Below are positions 1 through 10,946 of a stretch of 64,000 nt of DNA, piece after piece. Origin of the DNA: Polyangiaceae bacterium (GTDB lineage: Bacteria; Myxococcota_A; Polyangia; Polyangiales; Polyangiaceae); the NCBI GenBank assembly GCA_036490515.1, contig DASXDU010000039.1, positions 4,140 to 68,139 of the forward strand, read 5' to 3'. Numbering within the stretch: position 1 is the first letter of the stretch; the number at the start of each line of letters is the position of its first letter. The position numbers were made by a program, and so were the translations under genes. Under the pieces are notes generated by a model. That model saw only the letters and a program-made list of their open reading frames with translations, was not told the origin of the DNA and made no database searches.

Positions 1-100
1 GTCGCGGGTGAGCTCGTGGCGGACCGGCCGCGCACGTGGCTCCACGCGCTCTCGAGCGGGATGCGCGCCGGAGCCGCCGCGGCACGCGACGCCGAGGGCC

Positions 101-1495
101 TCACTTCGCCGGCGGAGTCGACGGGGCCGACGGGGCCGACGGGCTCGCCGGGGTCTGCGCGATTGGCTCCTGCCGGAGCACCCGCCAGCCGACCTTGAGC
201 ACCTCGTCGGTCCCCTTGTCGGGGTCGTCGGGGATGCTCTTGGCCTCCGAGCCGTCCGGATCGGGCGCGCGCGTCCCGGCGTCGCCGCCAACGACGACGA
301 CGCTCTTCGGTGCGGGCGGCGGCCCGCCGAGCGGCTGCGCGGCGAGGTGCCCCTCGAGGTCCTTCTCGCGGTACGAGACGAGTCCCTCGGTCTTCGGCGT
401 CTGGACGGCGACGTCGGGGTGGACGCCGTCGGCCTGGATCGCGTGGCCGCTCGGCGTGTAGTAGCGCGAGACGGTGAGGCGCATGCCCGCGCCGCCGGGG
501 AGCGAGACGATGGCCTGCACGCTGCCCTTGCCGAACGTCGGCTCGCCGACGACCGTCGCGCGCTTGTGGTCCTGCAGGGCGCCGGCGACGAGCTCCGACG
601 CGCTCGCGGTCCACTGGTCGACGAGCAGGACACACGGCTCGTGGACGAAGGCCCCGCCGCGATGGGCGTTCACCTCGTCGACGATCTGCCCGCGGTGGCG
701 CGCCGTGTAGATGACGCCGTCGTCGAGGAACTCGTCGGCGACGTCGGTGGCCTGGTCGACGAGGCCGCCGGGGTCGGACCGGAGATCGAGGATGATCCCC
801 GCGAGCTTGCCCCCGGCGCGCTGCCGGAGCTTCGCGGCGGCGGCGAGGAGCTCGTCGTGCGTGCGCTCCTGGAACTGCTTCACGCGGACGTAGGCGACGC
901 GGTCGACGAGCAGCTTCGACGAGACGCTCGGGACGTGGATGATCTCGCGCGCCAGGTCGAAGGTGAGGATCTCGTTCACTCCGGTGCGGCGGACGCCGAT
1001 CTTCACGTGCGAACCGGGCGCGCCGCGCAGGCGCTTCACGAGCTTGTCGAGCGGCTCGCTGCCGGGGTCCTTGCCGTCGACGCTGATGATGAGGTCCCCG
1101 GCCTTCACGCCGGCGCGCTCGGCGGGCGACCCCTCGATGGGCGCGAGGACGACGAGCTGGTCGTTCCGGTTCTCGACCTCGATGCCGATGCCCCCGAACT
1201 GCCCCTCGGTGTCGCTCTCGAAGGTCTGGAACTCGTCGGCCGGCATGTAGCTCGAGTGCGGGTCGAGCTCCGCGACCATGCCCTTGATGGCGCCATCGAC
1301 GAGCTTCGCGCGCTCGACCGGGTCGACGTACTCGTTTTCGACCTCGACGAGGACGCGCCCCATCTGCTCGACGGCGGCGTAGGGGGTGTCCCCGTGGGCG
1401 GCGCGGGGGGCCCCGCCGAGGGCGGTTGCGCACGCTCCACCGGCGAAGGCGAAGAGGGGGAGAACGAGCACGCGGGCGGCGTTTCGGAGGCGCAT
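101..1495 (-). CDS. S41-family C-terminal processing peptidase with PDZ domain (secreted)
   Basis: Track ORF 101..1561(-). PDZ segment GGIGIEV..GSPAERAGVKAGDLIISVDG and S41 core ILDLRSDPGGL, DQWTASASE, PTFGKGSVQ. Start trimmed to ATG 1495, giving signal peptide MRLRNAARVLVLPLFAFAGGAC. Confidence 0.9.
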   Translation of the reverse strand: MRLRNAARVLVLPLFAFAGGACATALGGAPRAAHGDTPYAAVEQMGRVLVEVENEYVDPVERAKLVDGAIKGMVAELDPHSSYMPADEFQTFESDTEGQFGGIGIEVENRNDQLVVLAPIEGSPAERAGVKAGDLIISVDGKDPGSEPLDKLVKRLRGAPGSHVKIGVRRTGVNEILTFDLAREIIHVPSVSSKLLVDRVAYVRVKQFQERTHDELLAAAAKLRQRAGGKLAGIILDLRSDPGGLVDQATDVADEFLDDGVIYTARHRGQIVDEVNAHRGGAFVHEPCVLLVDQWTASASELVAGALQDHKRATVVGEPTFGKGSVQAIVSLPGGAGMRLTVSRYYTPSGHAIQADGVHPDVAVQTPKTEGLVSYREKDLEGHLAAQPLGGPPPAPKSVVVVGGDAGTRAPDPDGSEAKSIPDDPDKGTDEVLKVGWRVLRQEPIAQTPASPSAPSAPSTPPAK

Positions 1496-1722
1496 GGCCC
1501 GTGCAGGGTAGTGCGGGGAGCGCCCGGCGGCGACGTGGCAGGGTGCCCACCGGCCGCCCACGCTCCGGCCCGTGCGCCGGTCGTGTGATGGGCTCGCACG
1601 GGTGCCCAGGTCCGCTCAGCTTGATCCCCGGCGTAAGGCAGCCGACAATCGCCCTGCTCCCGTGGAGGCGAACGCAGTCCCCCCCCGCACCTTTCACGCG
1701 AGCCCCCTGAAGGAGGTTCACC

Positions 1723-1959
1723 TTGGCGACCAATGACAAGGACTCGATGCCGAACTTGCCCGGGTCGAAGACCGACAAGCGCAAGCAGAGTCTCTATTTC
1801 CCGGAGTCGATGCTCCAGGAGATCAAGGAAGAGGCGGCGCGGCTCGACCGCTCGCTCTCGTGGGTCGTTCAGCGCGCGTGGAAGATCTCGCGGCTGGAGA
1901 TCAAGAAGCTGCCGAGCGTGAACGACGTGGAGGGGGGCGAGGACGAGGAGGGCGGCTGA
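1723..1959 (+). CDS. Small ribbon-helix-helix (CopG/Arc-like) protein
   Basis: 78-aa ORF with a TTG start 6 nt after AAGGAGG (1710-1716). KQSLYFPESMLQEIKEEAARLDRSLSWVVQRAW fits a strand-helix-helix RHH pattern. Acidic tail. Confidence 0.7.
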   Translation: MATNDKDSMPNLPGSKTDKRKQSLYFPESMLQEIKEEAARLDRSLSWVVQRAWKISRLEIKKLPSVNDVEGGEDEEGG

Positions 1960-2805
1960 TCCCCGACACGGCGGACGCGACCTCGTTCGCCCACGCCTCG
2001 GACGGAACGCGCCTCTTCGTACGGACGAAGCTGGGGGGGCACGCGCCGGACGGCGTGCACGCGTTCCTGTGCGACGGCATTCTCTGCGACGGCTTCATCT
2101 GGAAGTACGTGTGGGACGAGCTGGCGAAGGTGCTGCCCCTCGTCCACTGGCACTACCGCGGGCACGGGCGCAGCGCCCCGCCGGTCGATCCCGAGCGCAT
2201 CGACATCGCGGCGCACGCGGACGACCTGGGGCGCGTACGGCGGCACGTCGGCGACCCGCCCTGCGTGCTCGTCGGGCACTCGATGGGGTGCCAGGTCGCG
2301 CTCGAGGCGTACCGGCAGCGGCCCGGGGGGGTGCGCGGGCTGGTCCTCCTCTGCGGGAGCTTCGGCAACGTGACGAGCACGTTCCACGGCGTGCCGGTGC
2401 TCGAGATGGTCCTCCCCCGGCTGCTCGACCTCGCCCTCAAGGCGCCGGACGTCGTGCGCGCGGTGTGGAGCCGCCTGCCTCCGCAGCTCGCGCTGAAGAT
2501 CGCGCTCAAGGCGGGTGAGATCGACCCGGAGCGCGTCCACCCCGAGGACATGCTGCCGTACCTCTCGCACATGACCCACGTCGACTTCCCCATGTTCCTG
2601 CGGATGCTGCGGGCGGCGGGTGAGCACACGGCGGGCGATCTCCTGCCTGCCCTCGACGTCCCGGTGCTCGTCGTCGCGGGCGAGCGCGACACCTTCACGC
2701 CGTCGTACCTCGCCACCGCCATGACCGAGGCCATGCCGCGCGCGGAGCTCCTCCTCGTGAAGAGCGGCACGCACGTGACCCCCATCGAGCAGCCGGAGCT
2801 CGTGA

Positions 2806-3807
<1,002 letters not shown>

Positions 3808-3853
3808 TGCGGGCTGAATCACCGGTTCACGGTCCTCGATCGAGTTCTCCCTC

Positions 3854-6508
3854 TCAGTGCTGGAGGCCGATGCTCGCGAAGGGAATCGCCTGGAAGCCCG
3901 GGAGCGCGAACGCGGGCGAGGCGTCCTGCAGGGTGAAGTCCCCCGCGGCGGCGTCGACGAAGAGCGGATCGGCGTCGGCGAGGTTGTCGCCGAAGTGCGC
4001 GTAGTAGCCGATGGTGGCGTCTCCGTCGTCGGAATAGAAGACGCCGTTCTGGAACGAGACGTTGTCGGCGAAGACGGTGCCGTAGGGCGTCAGCCAGTGC
4101 GAGCCCGCCTCGACGACGGCGCCGCAGTCGTCGGGGATGGCGGCACAGCTCGGGTACGTGCTCGCCCACGGGTCCTCCCGGTAGTTGAGGGCCTCCAGCT
4201 GTCCGATGAAGTCCGCGTTGGCGCCAGGCGTGCACGTGGCCGAGACGTTGTTCGCGCAGTAGGCCGTCGTGACGAGGGCGCCCGAGCTCCCGTAGACGAC
4301 GTTGTTCGTCATCGTCACGTCGTGGCCGCCGTTGTGGAAGATCGCCTGACCGACGACGTTCGCGAGCACGTTGCCGGTCACGGTCGGCCCGCTGAGGCAC
4401 CCGTCGAGGTAGACGCCGTGGATGCCGAAGCCGCTCTGCTTCGTCGCGAGGTCGTGGATGAAGTTGTACTCGATGACGTTCCCGTACGAGCCCCAGTCCG
4501 AGTACGAGTACACCGCGCCGGCGTCGCTCGTGAAGCGGAGGACGTCGTGGATGTCGTTGTAGGCGATGAGGTGCTGGCTGCTCCCGTAGAAGAGGATGGC
4601 CGCGTGGGGCGAGCCGTAGATGACGTCGTGCTGCACGACGTTCCCGTCGCCGGAGAGGTTCACGGCGGGCGTGTACGACCAGACCCACTCGCCGTAGTCG
4701 TGCAGGACGGTGTTCTGCACGACGTTCTTGCCGGGAGTGAGGCTCGGTCGGTCGCCCCCGCCGAGGTCGACGCCGTCCTCGCCCTCCGCGTAGAAGAGGT
4801 CCCCGTCGAAGACCTCGTCCGTCCCGTCGACGACCTGCGCCGCCGACTCGCCTGCGTCGCGGAGCGTGCAGCCGACCACCTGCACGTCGCTCGAGCCACC
4901 CTTCAGGACGAGCAGCTGCGCACGCGACGCCTCGAGGGTCACCTCCTGGAGGACCACGTGGCTCGCGCCCGTGACCGTCACGAGCGGCGCCGAGAGGGTG
5001 GAGACGACGAGGTCGTGCTGCGCGAGGTTCGCAGGAGGCCAGAGGTAGAGGAGGCCGCTCGTGCGATCGAGGTACCACTCGCCGGGCTCGGTGATCTCCT
5101 CGAGGAGATCGTACGCGTACACGGGCGAGGGTCCGCCACCCTGGACGGCGGCCTTCAGGTCGCCGTCGTAGGGGGCGCCGGTCACGGCGATGGTGCCGGA
5201 GGAAGGATCGACCGACGCGACGGGCAGGTGGTTGTCGGCCCACGGATAGGCGAAGAAGCCGTGCACCCAGGCGTCCGGGGCATGCGTCCAGCGCGCGGTG
5301 CGGTTCGTGGTCAGCGTGAACGAAGACGCAGACGCCGTGGCGACGCGGGCGAACCCGTCGATGACGGCGGTCGGGTCGACGAAGGAAGGCGTTCCCGTGG
5401 CACCCTGCGCGTCGGACAGCGGACCGAGATCGGCCTGGTACGTGTAGAAGAACGGGTCGCTCGCGGACGGATAACCCGTCGTGCTGGTCGTGAGAAACCA
5501 CGCGACCCAGGTCGCGGCGGTCATGCGATAGAGGTGATACGCCTTGCCGCCGACGAGCCCCTGGCGCGTGAAGGACGAGACGCCGTCCTGCACGGAGTCC
5601 TTCAGATAGAGCCCCGACACGTCCGGCACGAGGCCTGCGCCGTACACGGTGACCTGGGTGCCGAGCGGGTTGGGAGGCGCACCGGCCGGGTCGTCCTCGT
5701 CGGCATCCGGCCAGCGGCCGAGGGGCGCGCGCTGGCCGTCGATGAAGAGCTCGAGCGCCGCGGGGACGCCGGTGACGAAGACGCCGCGCGCCTGGAGCGT
5801 GCCGTAGTCGATCCCGAGCGACGTGAGGTCGGCCGCAACGACGGTCCCCTGGGCGGTGGGATCGAGGCGGCTCCAGACGGGCGACGTCGAGGGCACGGTC
5901 TGGAAGGTCGCCGGATCGAGGGAGACGCCGCCGACGACGCGCGCAGTCTCGCCGGGGTACCCGCGATAGACGACGGGAGCGTTCGCTTGCCCCGAGTCGA
6001 GGCTCGTCAGCGCGAACGTCGCAGCACGTGGATAGACGCCGCCGCGGAGCCAGACGACCACGCCGCCCGCCGGCAAGGGTCCGGCTGCGACGAGCGCGCG
6101 GACCGCCGTCTGCGCGCGCTCGAGGGTCTTGAAGGGCGCCGCGAGCGTGCCCGCGGCGGCGTCGTCGCCCTGGGGCGACACGGCGAACTGCGCGCCGTAC
6201 GTCGCGCACGTGCAGGCGCCCCACGCGCTTCCGTCCGCGAGGCAGCGGCGCGTCCCGATTCCCTGCGAGCAGGTGCAGCCGGTGACCGCCTCGGCCGTGC
6301 ACGCGCCGCCACCGCCGTCGGCGACGGGAGCATCGCTCGCCACGTCGGCGCCTCCGTCGGCCGGGGGCAGGCTCGCATCGCTCCGCGCGCCCGCGTCGAG
6401 TCCCATCGAGGGACCATCCGCCCCCGCGTCGGCGCGCTCGCCGCCGGCTCCCGCGCTCGACGTCGAGCATGCCGCGAGCAAGACGAATCCGAGCGCCCAC
6501 TTCGCCAT
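3854..6508 (-). CDS. Right-handed parallel beta-helix repeat lipoprotein (pectate-lyase-fold, probable polysaccharide-active enzyme)
   Basis: Track ORF 3854..6589(-), trimmed to ATG 6508 (MAKWALGFVLLAACS lipobox). Cys-rich module CTAEAVTGCTCSQG..C..GACTC. Repeated coils NVVQNTVLHD, NVVQHDVIYG, IAYNDIHD, NVIEYNFIHD, TVTGNVLANV, TMTNNVVYG. Confidence 0.8.
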   Translation of the reverse strand: MAKWALGFVLLAACSTSSAGAGGERADAGADGPSMGLDAGARSDASLPPADGGADVASDAPVADGGGGACTAEAVTGCTCSQGIGTRRCLADGSAWGACTCATYGAQFAVSPQGDDAAAGTLAAPFKTLERAQTAVRALVAAGPLPAGGVVVWLRGGVYPRAATFALTSLDSGQANAPVVYRGYPGETARVVGGVSLDPATFQTVPSTSPVWSRLDPTAQGTVVAADLTSLGIDYGTLQARGVFVTGVPAALELFIDGQRAPLGRWPDADEDDPAGAPPNPLGTQVTVYGAGLVPDVSGLYLKDSVQDGVSSFTRQGLVGGKAYHLYRMTAATWVAWFLTTSTTGYPSASDPFFYTYQADLGPLSDAQGATGTPSFVDPTAVIDGFARVATASASSFTLTTNRTARWTHAPDAWVHGFFAYPWADNHLPVASVDPSSGTIAVTGAPYDGDLKAAVQGGGPSPVYAYDLLEEITEPGEWYLDRTSGLLYLWPPANLAQHDLVVSTLSAPLVTVTGASHVVLQEVTLEASRAQLLVLKGGSSDVQVVGCTLRDAGESAAQVVDGTDEVFDGDLFYAEGEDGVDLGGGDRPSLTPGKNVVQNTVLHDYGEWVWSYTPAVNLSGDGNVVQHDVIYGSPHAAILFYGSSQHLIAYNDIHDVLRFTSDAGAVYSYSDWGSYGNVIEYNFIHDLATKQSGFGIHGVYLDGCLSGPTVTGNVLANVVGQAIFHNGGHDVTMTNNVVYGSSGALVTTAYCANNVSATCTPGANADFIGQLEALNYREDPWASTYPSCAAIPDDCGAVVEAGSHWLTPYGTVFADNVSFQNGVFYSDDGDATIGYYAHFGDNLADADPLFVDAAAGDFTLQDASPAFALPGFQAIPFASIGLQH

Positions 6509-6653
6509 GCGACTCGTGCAGCAAGGAGCGAGCCTGCCGCGCGATGGGCGCGGCGGCGCCGCGCGGAGCAACGGCGGTGTCGCCTGCACCCTTCGAGTGT
6601 AGGGCGCACCCGACGAGCCGCGCGATCCGTTCGCGGGATTCCCGAGCGGAAGG

Positions 6654-7295
6654 TCAGTCCTGCACGATGACGACGTGATGGTCCTCGCGCACGCTGACGT
6701 GGCCCGTCTCGCCCGGGCACTGCCAGCAGGTCGTCCACCACAGTGTTCGCTCCGTGGCCCGGTAGGCGAGCGCGACCGGCGCGATCTCTCCGAGCATGAC
6801 GAACGTCGATGCGAGCCGGTGTCCGCCGTCCGGCAGGACCCACCACGCGGCGACGAAGGACGCCGACTTGCCTCGCGCCGCGACGACGAGGACCTGCTGT
6901 CCCGGCTCGGGGCTCCAGAGAACCGGCTGGCTCGTGAAGGACACGCCCTGGTGGTCCGCGGTCGAGCGCGCGATGTAGGAACCGTCGGCGGGGTCGAAGA
7001 ACGCGAGCTCGGTGCCGACGCGCGCGAGCTCCGGCGCAGCCGTGACGAGCTTCGTGAGGTCCTCGACGGAGAGCGTCGTCTTGCGGAACGGCGGATAGGT
7101 CTCGCTCGTGGGTGCAGGCGGCTGCGGCGCGACGACCGCGGAGGCGATCGGCGACGCGTGGACGGAAGGTGCGGTGACCGAGTCGTTCGCCGCGGGAGTC
7201 GACGAGGGCGACGGCGACGAGCCGGCGGAGCCGCTGGCGCCGGGGTGGCACGCAGCGACGAGGAAGACGACGAGCGCGCTCCACGGCCGGTGCAC
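6654..7295 (-). CDS. Hypothetical lipoprotein
   Basis: Part of track ORF 6654..7724(-). The upstream part is Arg-rich junk. GTG at 7295 gives VHRPWSALVVFLVAAC (lipobox) plus a Ser/Pro linker and a globular domain with normal composition. Confidence 0.6.
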   Translation of the reverse strand: MHRPWSALVVFLVAACHPGASGSAGSSPSPSSTPAANDSVTAPSVHASPIASAVVAPQPPAPTSETYPPFRKTTLSVEDLTKLVTAAPELARVGTELAFFDPADGSYIARSTADHQGVSFTSQPVLWSPEPGQQVLVVAARGKSASFVAAWWVLPDGGHRLASTFVMLGEIAPVALAYRATERTLWWTTCWQCPGETGHVSVREDHHVVIVQD

Positions 7296-7363
7296 GGGGG
7301 ACGTCCTTAGCGCGACGAACCGCTGGGTCCCAGCGGGGCGTTCGCTGCACCACTTCGGGCGGC

Positions 7364-8140
7364 TCACGCGGCGTTGCGATGAAGACCCATGCAGCCCGCG
7401 ACCCCGTCGCGGTACGCGTGCCAGAGCGAGAGGGCCTGCTCGCAAGCGTCTCCGACGGCGCGCGCAGCCTCGCTTCCGTCGGGCGCGTTCGCGAGGACCA
7501 TCGACCACGCGTCGCTGCGGTGGCCTCCCTCGACGGCGGCATGCGCGCGCGTGAGGTCCATCGCCTCCGGGGGGCAGCCGTAGTGCTTCACGAGCGCGTG
7601 CTCCCGAACCGCATCCTCGCCGACCCGGCGCGCGTAGCAGCCCGCGAGCTCGTCCCGCTCGTGGACGCTCCCCTCGACGAAGACCGTGAGGAGCCCGACG
7701 GCGGCCTGCCAGGGCGCCGCGCACGAGCGTTCGCGCAGGAAGTCCCGGTAGACGCGCGCCGCGGGGTGGACCGGGGCCGCGGCCTCGTCGAACGCGGACG
7801 CCGGAAAGCCCAGGCCGGCCATCATCTTCAGGAACAGCGCCGGGTGCGCGGCGCTGCCGGAGAGGCCGCCCGTCTGCTCCTCGTAGAGGTTCGCCGCCAG
7901 CGACGCACGCACGTCGTCCAGCGGAGGCGTCACGCCGAGCGCCCGTGCGAGGAGCACCGGGAAGTCGCGGACGTACACGAGGTACTCGTGCCGGAAGTGG
8001 GCGAGGAGCTGCTCGCGGCCGAGCCCGGGCCGTGTGAGCGACGGATACGCCCAGTGATGCTTGCGGTCCATGACCGCGAGGAGGCGCTCACGAAGGGGGA
8101 TCACGCCGCGGATCGTGCCACCTGCGACCGGGACGGTCAC
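7364..8140 (-). CDS. Heme-oxygenase-like fold protein (TenA/PqqC-like iron-containing redox enzyme family)
   Basis: Track ORF 7364..8227(-). HHWAYP, FRHEYLVYVRDFP, NLYEEQTGG, HPALFLKMM and VFVEGSVHE are typical of PqqC/TenA-like helical bundles. GTG 8140 is the likely start. Confidence 0.7.
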   Translation of the reverse strand: MTVPVAGGTIRGVIPLRERLLAVMDRKHHWAYPSLTRPGLGREQLLAHFRHEYLVYVRDFPVLLARALGVTPPLDDVRASLAANLYEEQTGGLSGSAAHPALFLKMMAGLGFPASAFDEAAAPVHPAARVYRDFLRERSCAAPWQAAVGLLTVFVEGSVHERDELAGCYARRVGEDAVREHALVKHYGCPPEAMDLTRAHAAVEGGHRSDAWSMVLANAPDGSEAARAVGDACEQALSLWHAYRDGVAGCMGLHRNAA

Positions 8141-8472
8141 GCTTTCGGGGGCACGATCCAGGCGACGATAATTAAGTAGTTCCGTACCACCTGAGCCGTG
8201 TGTCGGTCGACATGAACCCCTAGCCAACGGCTAGGTGGGGAGCGTTGACCGCGCTTAAGGCTTCCGAGTTTATCCGCCCCTCGCGGAGCGGCCCGGCATG
8301 CTCACCGAGCGGTCATGGCCCCCCTGGTTCAAATTCGCAAGGGATCCATGTGATGCCGACAATCACGAACCTGGCAGAGGGAACACGTCGAACATAACAC
8401 CCGGCCCCACTCGGTCAACGCACCGAAAAGTGGGCCGCGCGCTTCGCCGCATGCCTACATCGAGCGCGTCCC

Positions 8473-10014
8473 ATGGAAGAAGCAGCGCTCGAGCCGGCGA
8501 CTCCCTCCCACGCACCTTCGGCGCATGCGCTCGGCGACGCCGAGCCTGTGGTCGGGGAGGTCCGCTTCGCAACGCAGGACGAGCGCGACCTCGCGAGCGT
8601 GCGGCTCGAGCGAACGGGGATGGTCGTGGCCGAGCTCGAAGGGATCGGGCCGTCTGCGCGAGGCCGCCTCGGCGCGGTGGTCGACGACGCGATCGAAGAA
8701 TCCCTCGCGGCCCGCGGCGCGGCCGCACCCGGCATCGCGTCGGGGAGCGATCCGGACGCGACGTTGAGCGACCAGCTCTTCCGAGCGCGCCGCGCCGGCT
8801 GCCGGGGGCTCGCCCTGGTCCTGGGGCCGCTGCGCGCCGCGGCCAACGCGTTCTCGGCGCTCACTCCCGAGGACGGCGCGACTCTCCGCTTTCTCATCCA
8901 CGCCGCGCGCGAGCGCCCGCTCGTTCTCGTCCTCGACGCCCGCGACACGACCCTCGGCGCCTACGGCGACCCCATCCCCCTGCCCTCCCTGCTGGCCCCC
9001 CCGCCCCCGCCCCTCGCCCTCGTCCCCCCGCCCGTCCTCGCGCCTACGCTCGCGCCCGCGCCCGCGCTCACGCCCGCGCCCTCGCCCGCGCCCTCGCCCG
9101 CGCTCACGCCCGCGCTCACGCTCACGCTCGCGCCCGCGCTCGCCCCCTCCCCTCCCCCCTCTCCCCGCCACACCGCCGGCGCCGCCGTCGTCACGAAGGA
9201 AGACCCCTGGCGCGCCTGGACCCTCCAGCTCACCGCCGCGCGTGGTCCTCAGCCCCTGGCCGTCCTCGAGAGACTCTTCGCCGAGAGCTACATGCCCCTC
9301 GCGAACGCCGTGGCCGCCGGTCTCGACGATCCGCGGGCGCGGGCGGCGCAGGACGAGTTCGCGGCGACGTTCTCGAAGGGCTACACGGACTCCTTCCCGA
9401 CGTTCGCGTCGACGACGAAACGTCCGCGGATGGTCCTCGACGCCCACGACATCGCGGCGCGCATCGGCCGCCTGCACGGGGCGCGCTCGACGCGCGTCCT
9501 CGTCGTCGACGCCATGCGCTGGGACGTCGCCCGCATGGTCGAGGAGCGCGTCGTCGAGAAGCTCGGGGAGCACGCGTCCCTCACCGACGAGCTCCTGCTC
9601 TGGAGCGCGCTGCCCACGACGAGCCTCCGCCAGCTCGAGACCATCGCGCGCGGGATCGAGGCGCTGCGTTCGCCCGCGTCCCTGGACGGCGATCCGGAGC
9701 CCCCGGGGGGACGCACCTCGGAGTACGTGCGGCGCATGCGCGTCGGGCCGCGCGAGATCCACAAGCTCGACGTCGTCCAGGCACGCGTCCTCGCGACGCA
9801 CGGCGGTCTGCTTCGAGAGCTGCCCGAGATTGCCGAGGCCGCGGCCGAAGCGATCGCGCGGCACGCCGAGACGTGCACCCCGCGCACGCTGCTCCTCGTC
9901 ACGGGCGACCACGGATTCGCGATCCAGCGCAGCGGCGTGGCCCGCCAGGGCGGTACGTCCCCCGAGGAGGTGCTCGTGGGCGCGTTCACGCTGCTGCTCG
10001 GCGACGTGCACTGA
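8473..10014 (+). CDS. PglZ / alkaline-phosphatase-fold domain protein with unknown N-terminal domain and Pro/Ala linker
   Basis: 513-aa ORF. The C-terminal half has TRVLVVDAMRWDV (metal-ligand Asp strand) and LLLVTGDHGFAI (DHG motif), characteristic of the PglZ/AP superfamily. The middle holds an (Ala-Pro/Thr-Leu)n linker. Confidence 0.6.
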   Translation: MEEAALEPATPSHAPSAHALGDAEPVVGEVRFATQDERDLASVRLERTGMVVAELEGIGPSARGRLGAVVDDAIEESLAARGAAAPGIASGSDPDATLSDQLFRARRAGCRGLALVLGPLRAAANAFSALTPEDGATLRFLIHAARERPLVLVLDARDTTLGAYGDPIPLPSLLAPPPPPLALVPPPVLAPTLAPAPALTPAPSPAPSPALTPALTLTLAPALAPSPPPSPRHTAGAAVVTKEDPWRAWTLQLTAARGPQPLAVLERLFAESYMPLANAVAAGLDDPRARAAQDEFAATFSKGYTDSFPTFASTTKRPRMVLDAHDIAARIGRLHGARSTRVLVVDAMRWDVARMVEERVVEKLGEHASLTDELLLWSALPTTSLRQLETIARGIEALRSPASLDGDPEPPGGRTSEYVRRMRVGPREIHKLDVVQARVLATHGGLLRELPEIAEAAAEAIARHAETCTPRTLLLVTGDHGFAIQRSGVARQGGTSPEEVLVGAFTLLLGDVH

Positions 10015-10052
10015 CCCGCAGGCGTCGTCCGCGTTCGTGCGAACCCGCGCCG

Positions 10053-10946
10053 TCAGGGGCTCGCGGCCTCGCCGAGGACGCGCTCGGGGTCCGCGAAGAT
10101 CTCCTGGAATCGCCTCGCCATCACGCCAGCGTGGTAGCCGTCGAGCACGCGGTGGTCGAACACGACGCCGATCGAGACGCGCTTGCGCGGCACGACCGCG
10201 TCGCCGACGACACTGGGCGCCGTCCGGATCGCGCCGAGGGTGATGCAGATCGGCGTCCGCGCGTAGGGGATGAGCGGCGCCCAGGCAGCCTCGATGCCGA
10301 AGACGCCGACGTTGGTGACCATGCACGACCCGAACGGGTCGAACGGGATGCCGAGCCGGCCGAGGTTCAAGCCGAGGTCGAACGAGAGGAAGGCTCCGAG
10401 GCGCGCCATCGCCGAGCGGAGGGGCCCCGGCATGGAGGCCATCATCCTGGTGGCGCGCACGGTCGCGTCCTTGCCGCGCGACCGGATGGCGAGCGCCCGC
10501 TCGCGGAGCTCCCGCGCGACGTCGGCGACGCTCTTCGTATCCACGGAGCAAACCTTCGCTCCCGCGAGGTTCGCGTCGCGCCGCGTCTCGCGGCCATTCT
10601 TGTCCGCGGCCTTGTCGTCGGCGTCGAAGAAGGCGACCTGGAAGAAGACGTCCACCGACCCGCGGAGCATCAATCGTCCGAACGAGGGGAAGCCGTTCGT
10701 CTCGGGGGCTGACGCGATGGCGATCGCCGCCGCCTTTCCGACCAGGTGCGTGAGGGTCACCTTCTCGCCCGTCTCGTCGCGGACGCGGGCGCACCAGGCG
10801 AGCGCGGCCTCGCACTCGAGGTCGAGCATGCCGTAGGCGGCCGGGCTCGACGGCAATCCCCACGTGCCCATGGCGAGCTTTCGCCAGGCGGGCACCTTGC
10901 TGGCGCGGCGGAAACGGCTCACCCGTGCGAGCATACTGCCGCGCAT
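10053..10946 (-). CDS. 2-oxoacid dehydrogenase-type acyltransferase, catalytic domain only
   Basis: Part of track ORF 10053..11264(-). Active-site motif FDHRVLDGYHAG (DHRxxDG). No lipoyl domain. Start is ATG 10946 or ATG 10934. Confidence 0.75.
   Translation of the reverse strand: MRGSMLARVSRFRRASKVPAWRKLAMGTWGLPSSPAAYGMLDLECEAALAWCARVRDETGEKVTLTHLVGKAAAIAIASAPETNGFPSFGRLMLRGSVDVFFQVAFFDADDKAADKNGRETRRDANLAGAKVCSVDTKSVADVARELRERALAIRSRGKDATVRATRMMASMPGPLRSAMARLGAFLSFDLGLNLGRLGIPFDPFGSCMVTNVGVFGIEAAWAPLIPYARTPICITLGAIRTAPSVVGDAVVPRKRVSIGVVFDHRVLDGYHAGVMARRFQEIFADPERVLGEAASP

Noticed and set aside
8-1588. 526-aa plus-strand ORF (plus nested ORFs) opposite the S41 peptidase gene
   Set aside because: It has the Arg/Gly/Ala/Asp-rich, family-less composition typical of antisense frames in 70% GC DNA. 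The minus strand encodes a clearly recognisable PDZ/S41 protease.
3819-6670. 901-aa (-) and 937-aa (+) ORFs overlapping the beta-helix lipoprotein gene
   Set aside because: They are alternative or antisense frames with extreme Arg content (RRRRRG runs). Only the 3854..6508(-) frame gives a signal peptide and beta-helix repeats.
8473-10014. BREX/Pgl phage-defence locus based on the PglZ-like domain
   Set aside because: None of the obligatory partners (PglX methyltransferase, BrxC/PglY ATPase, BrxL/Lon, PglW kinase) is present within 10 kb on either side.
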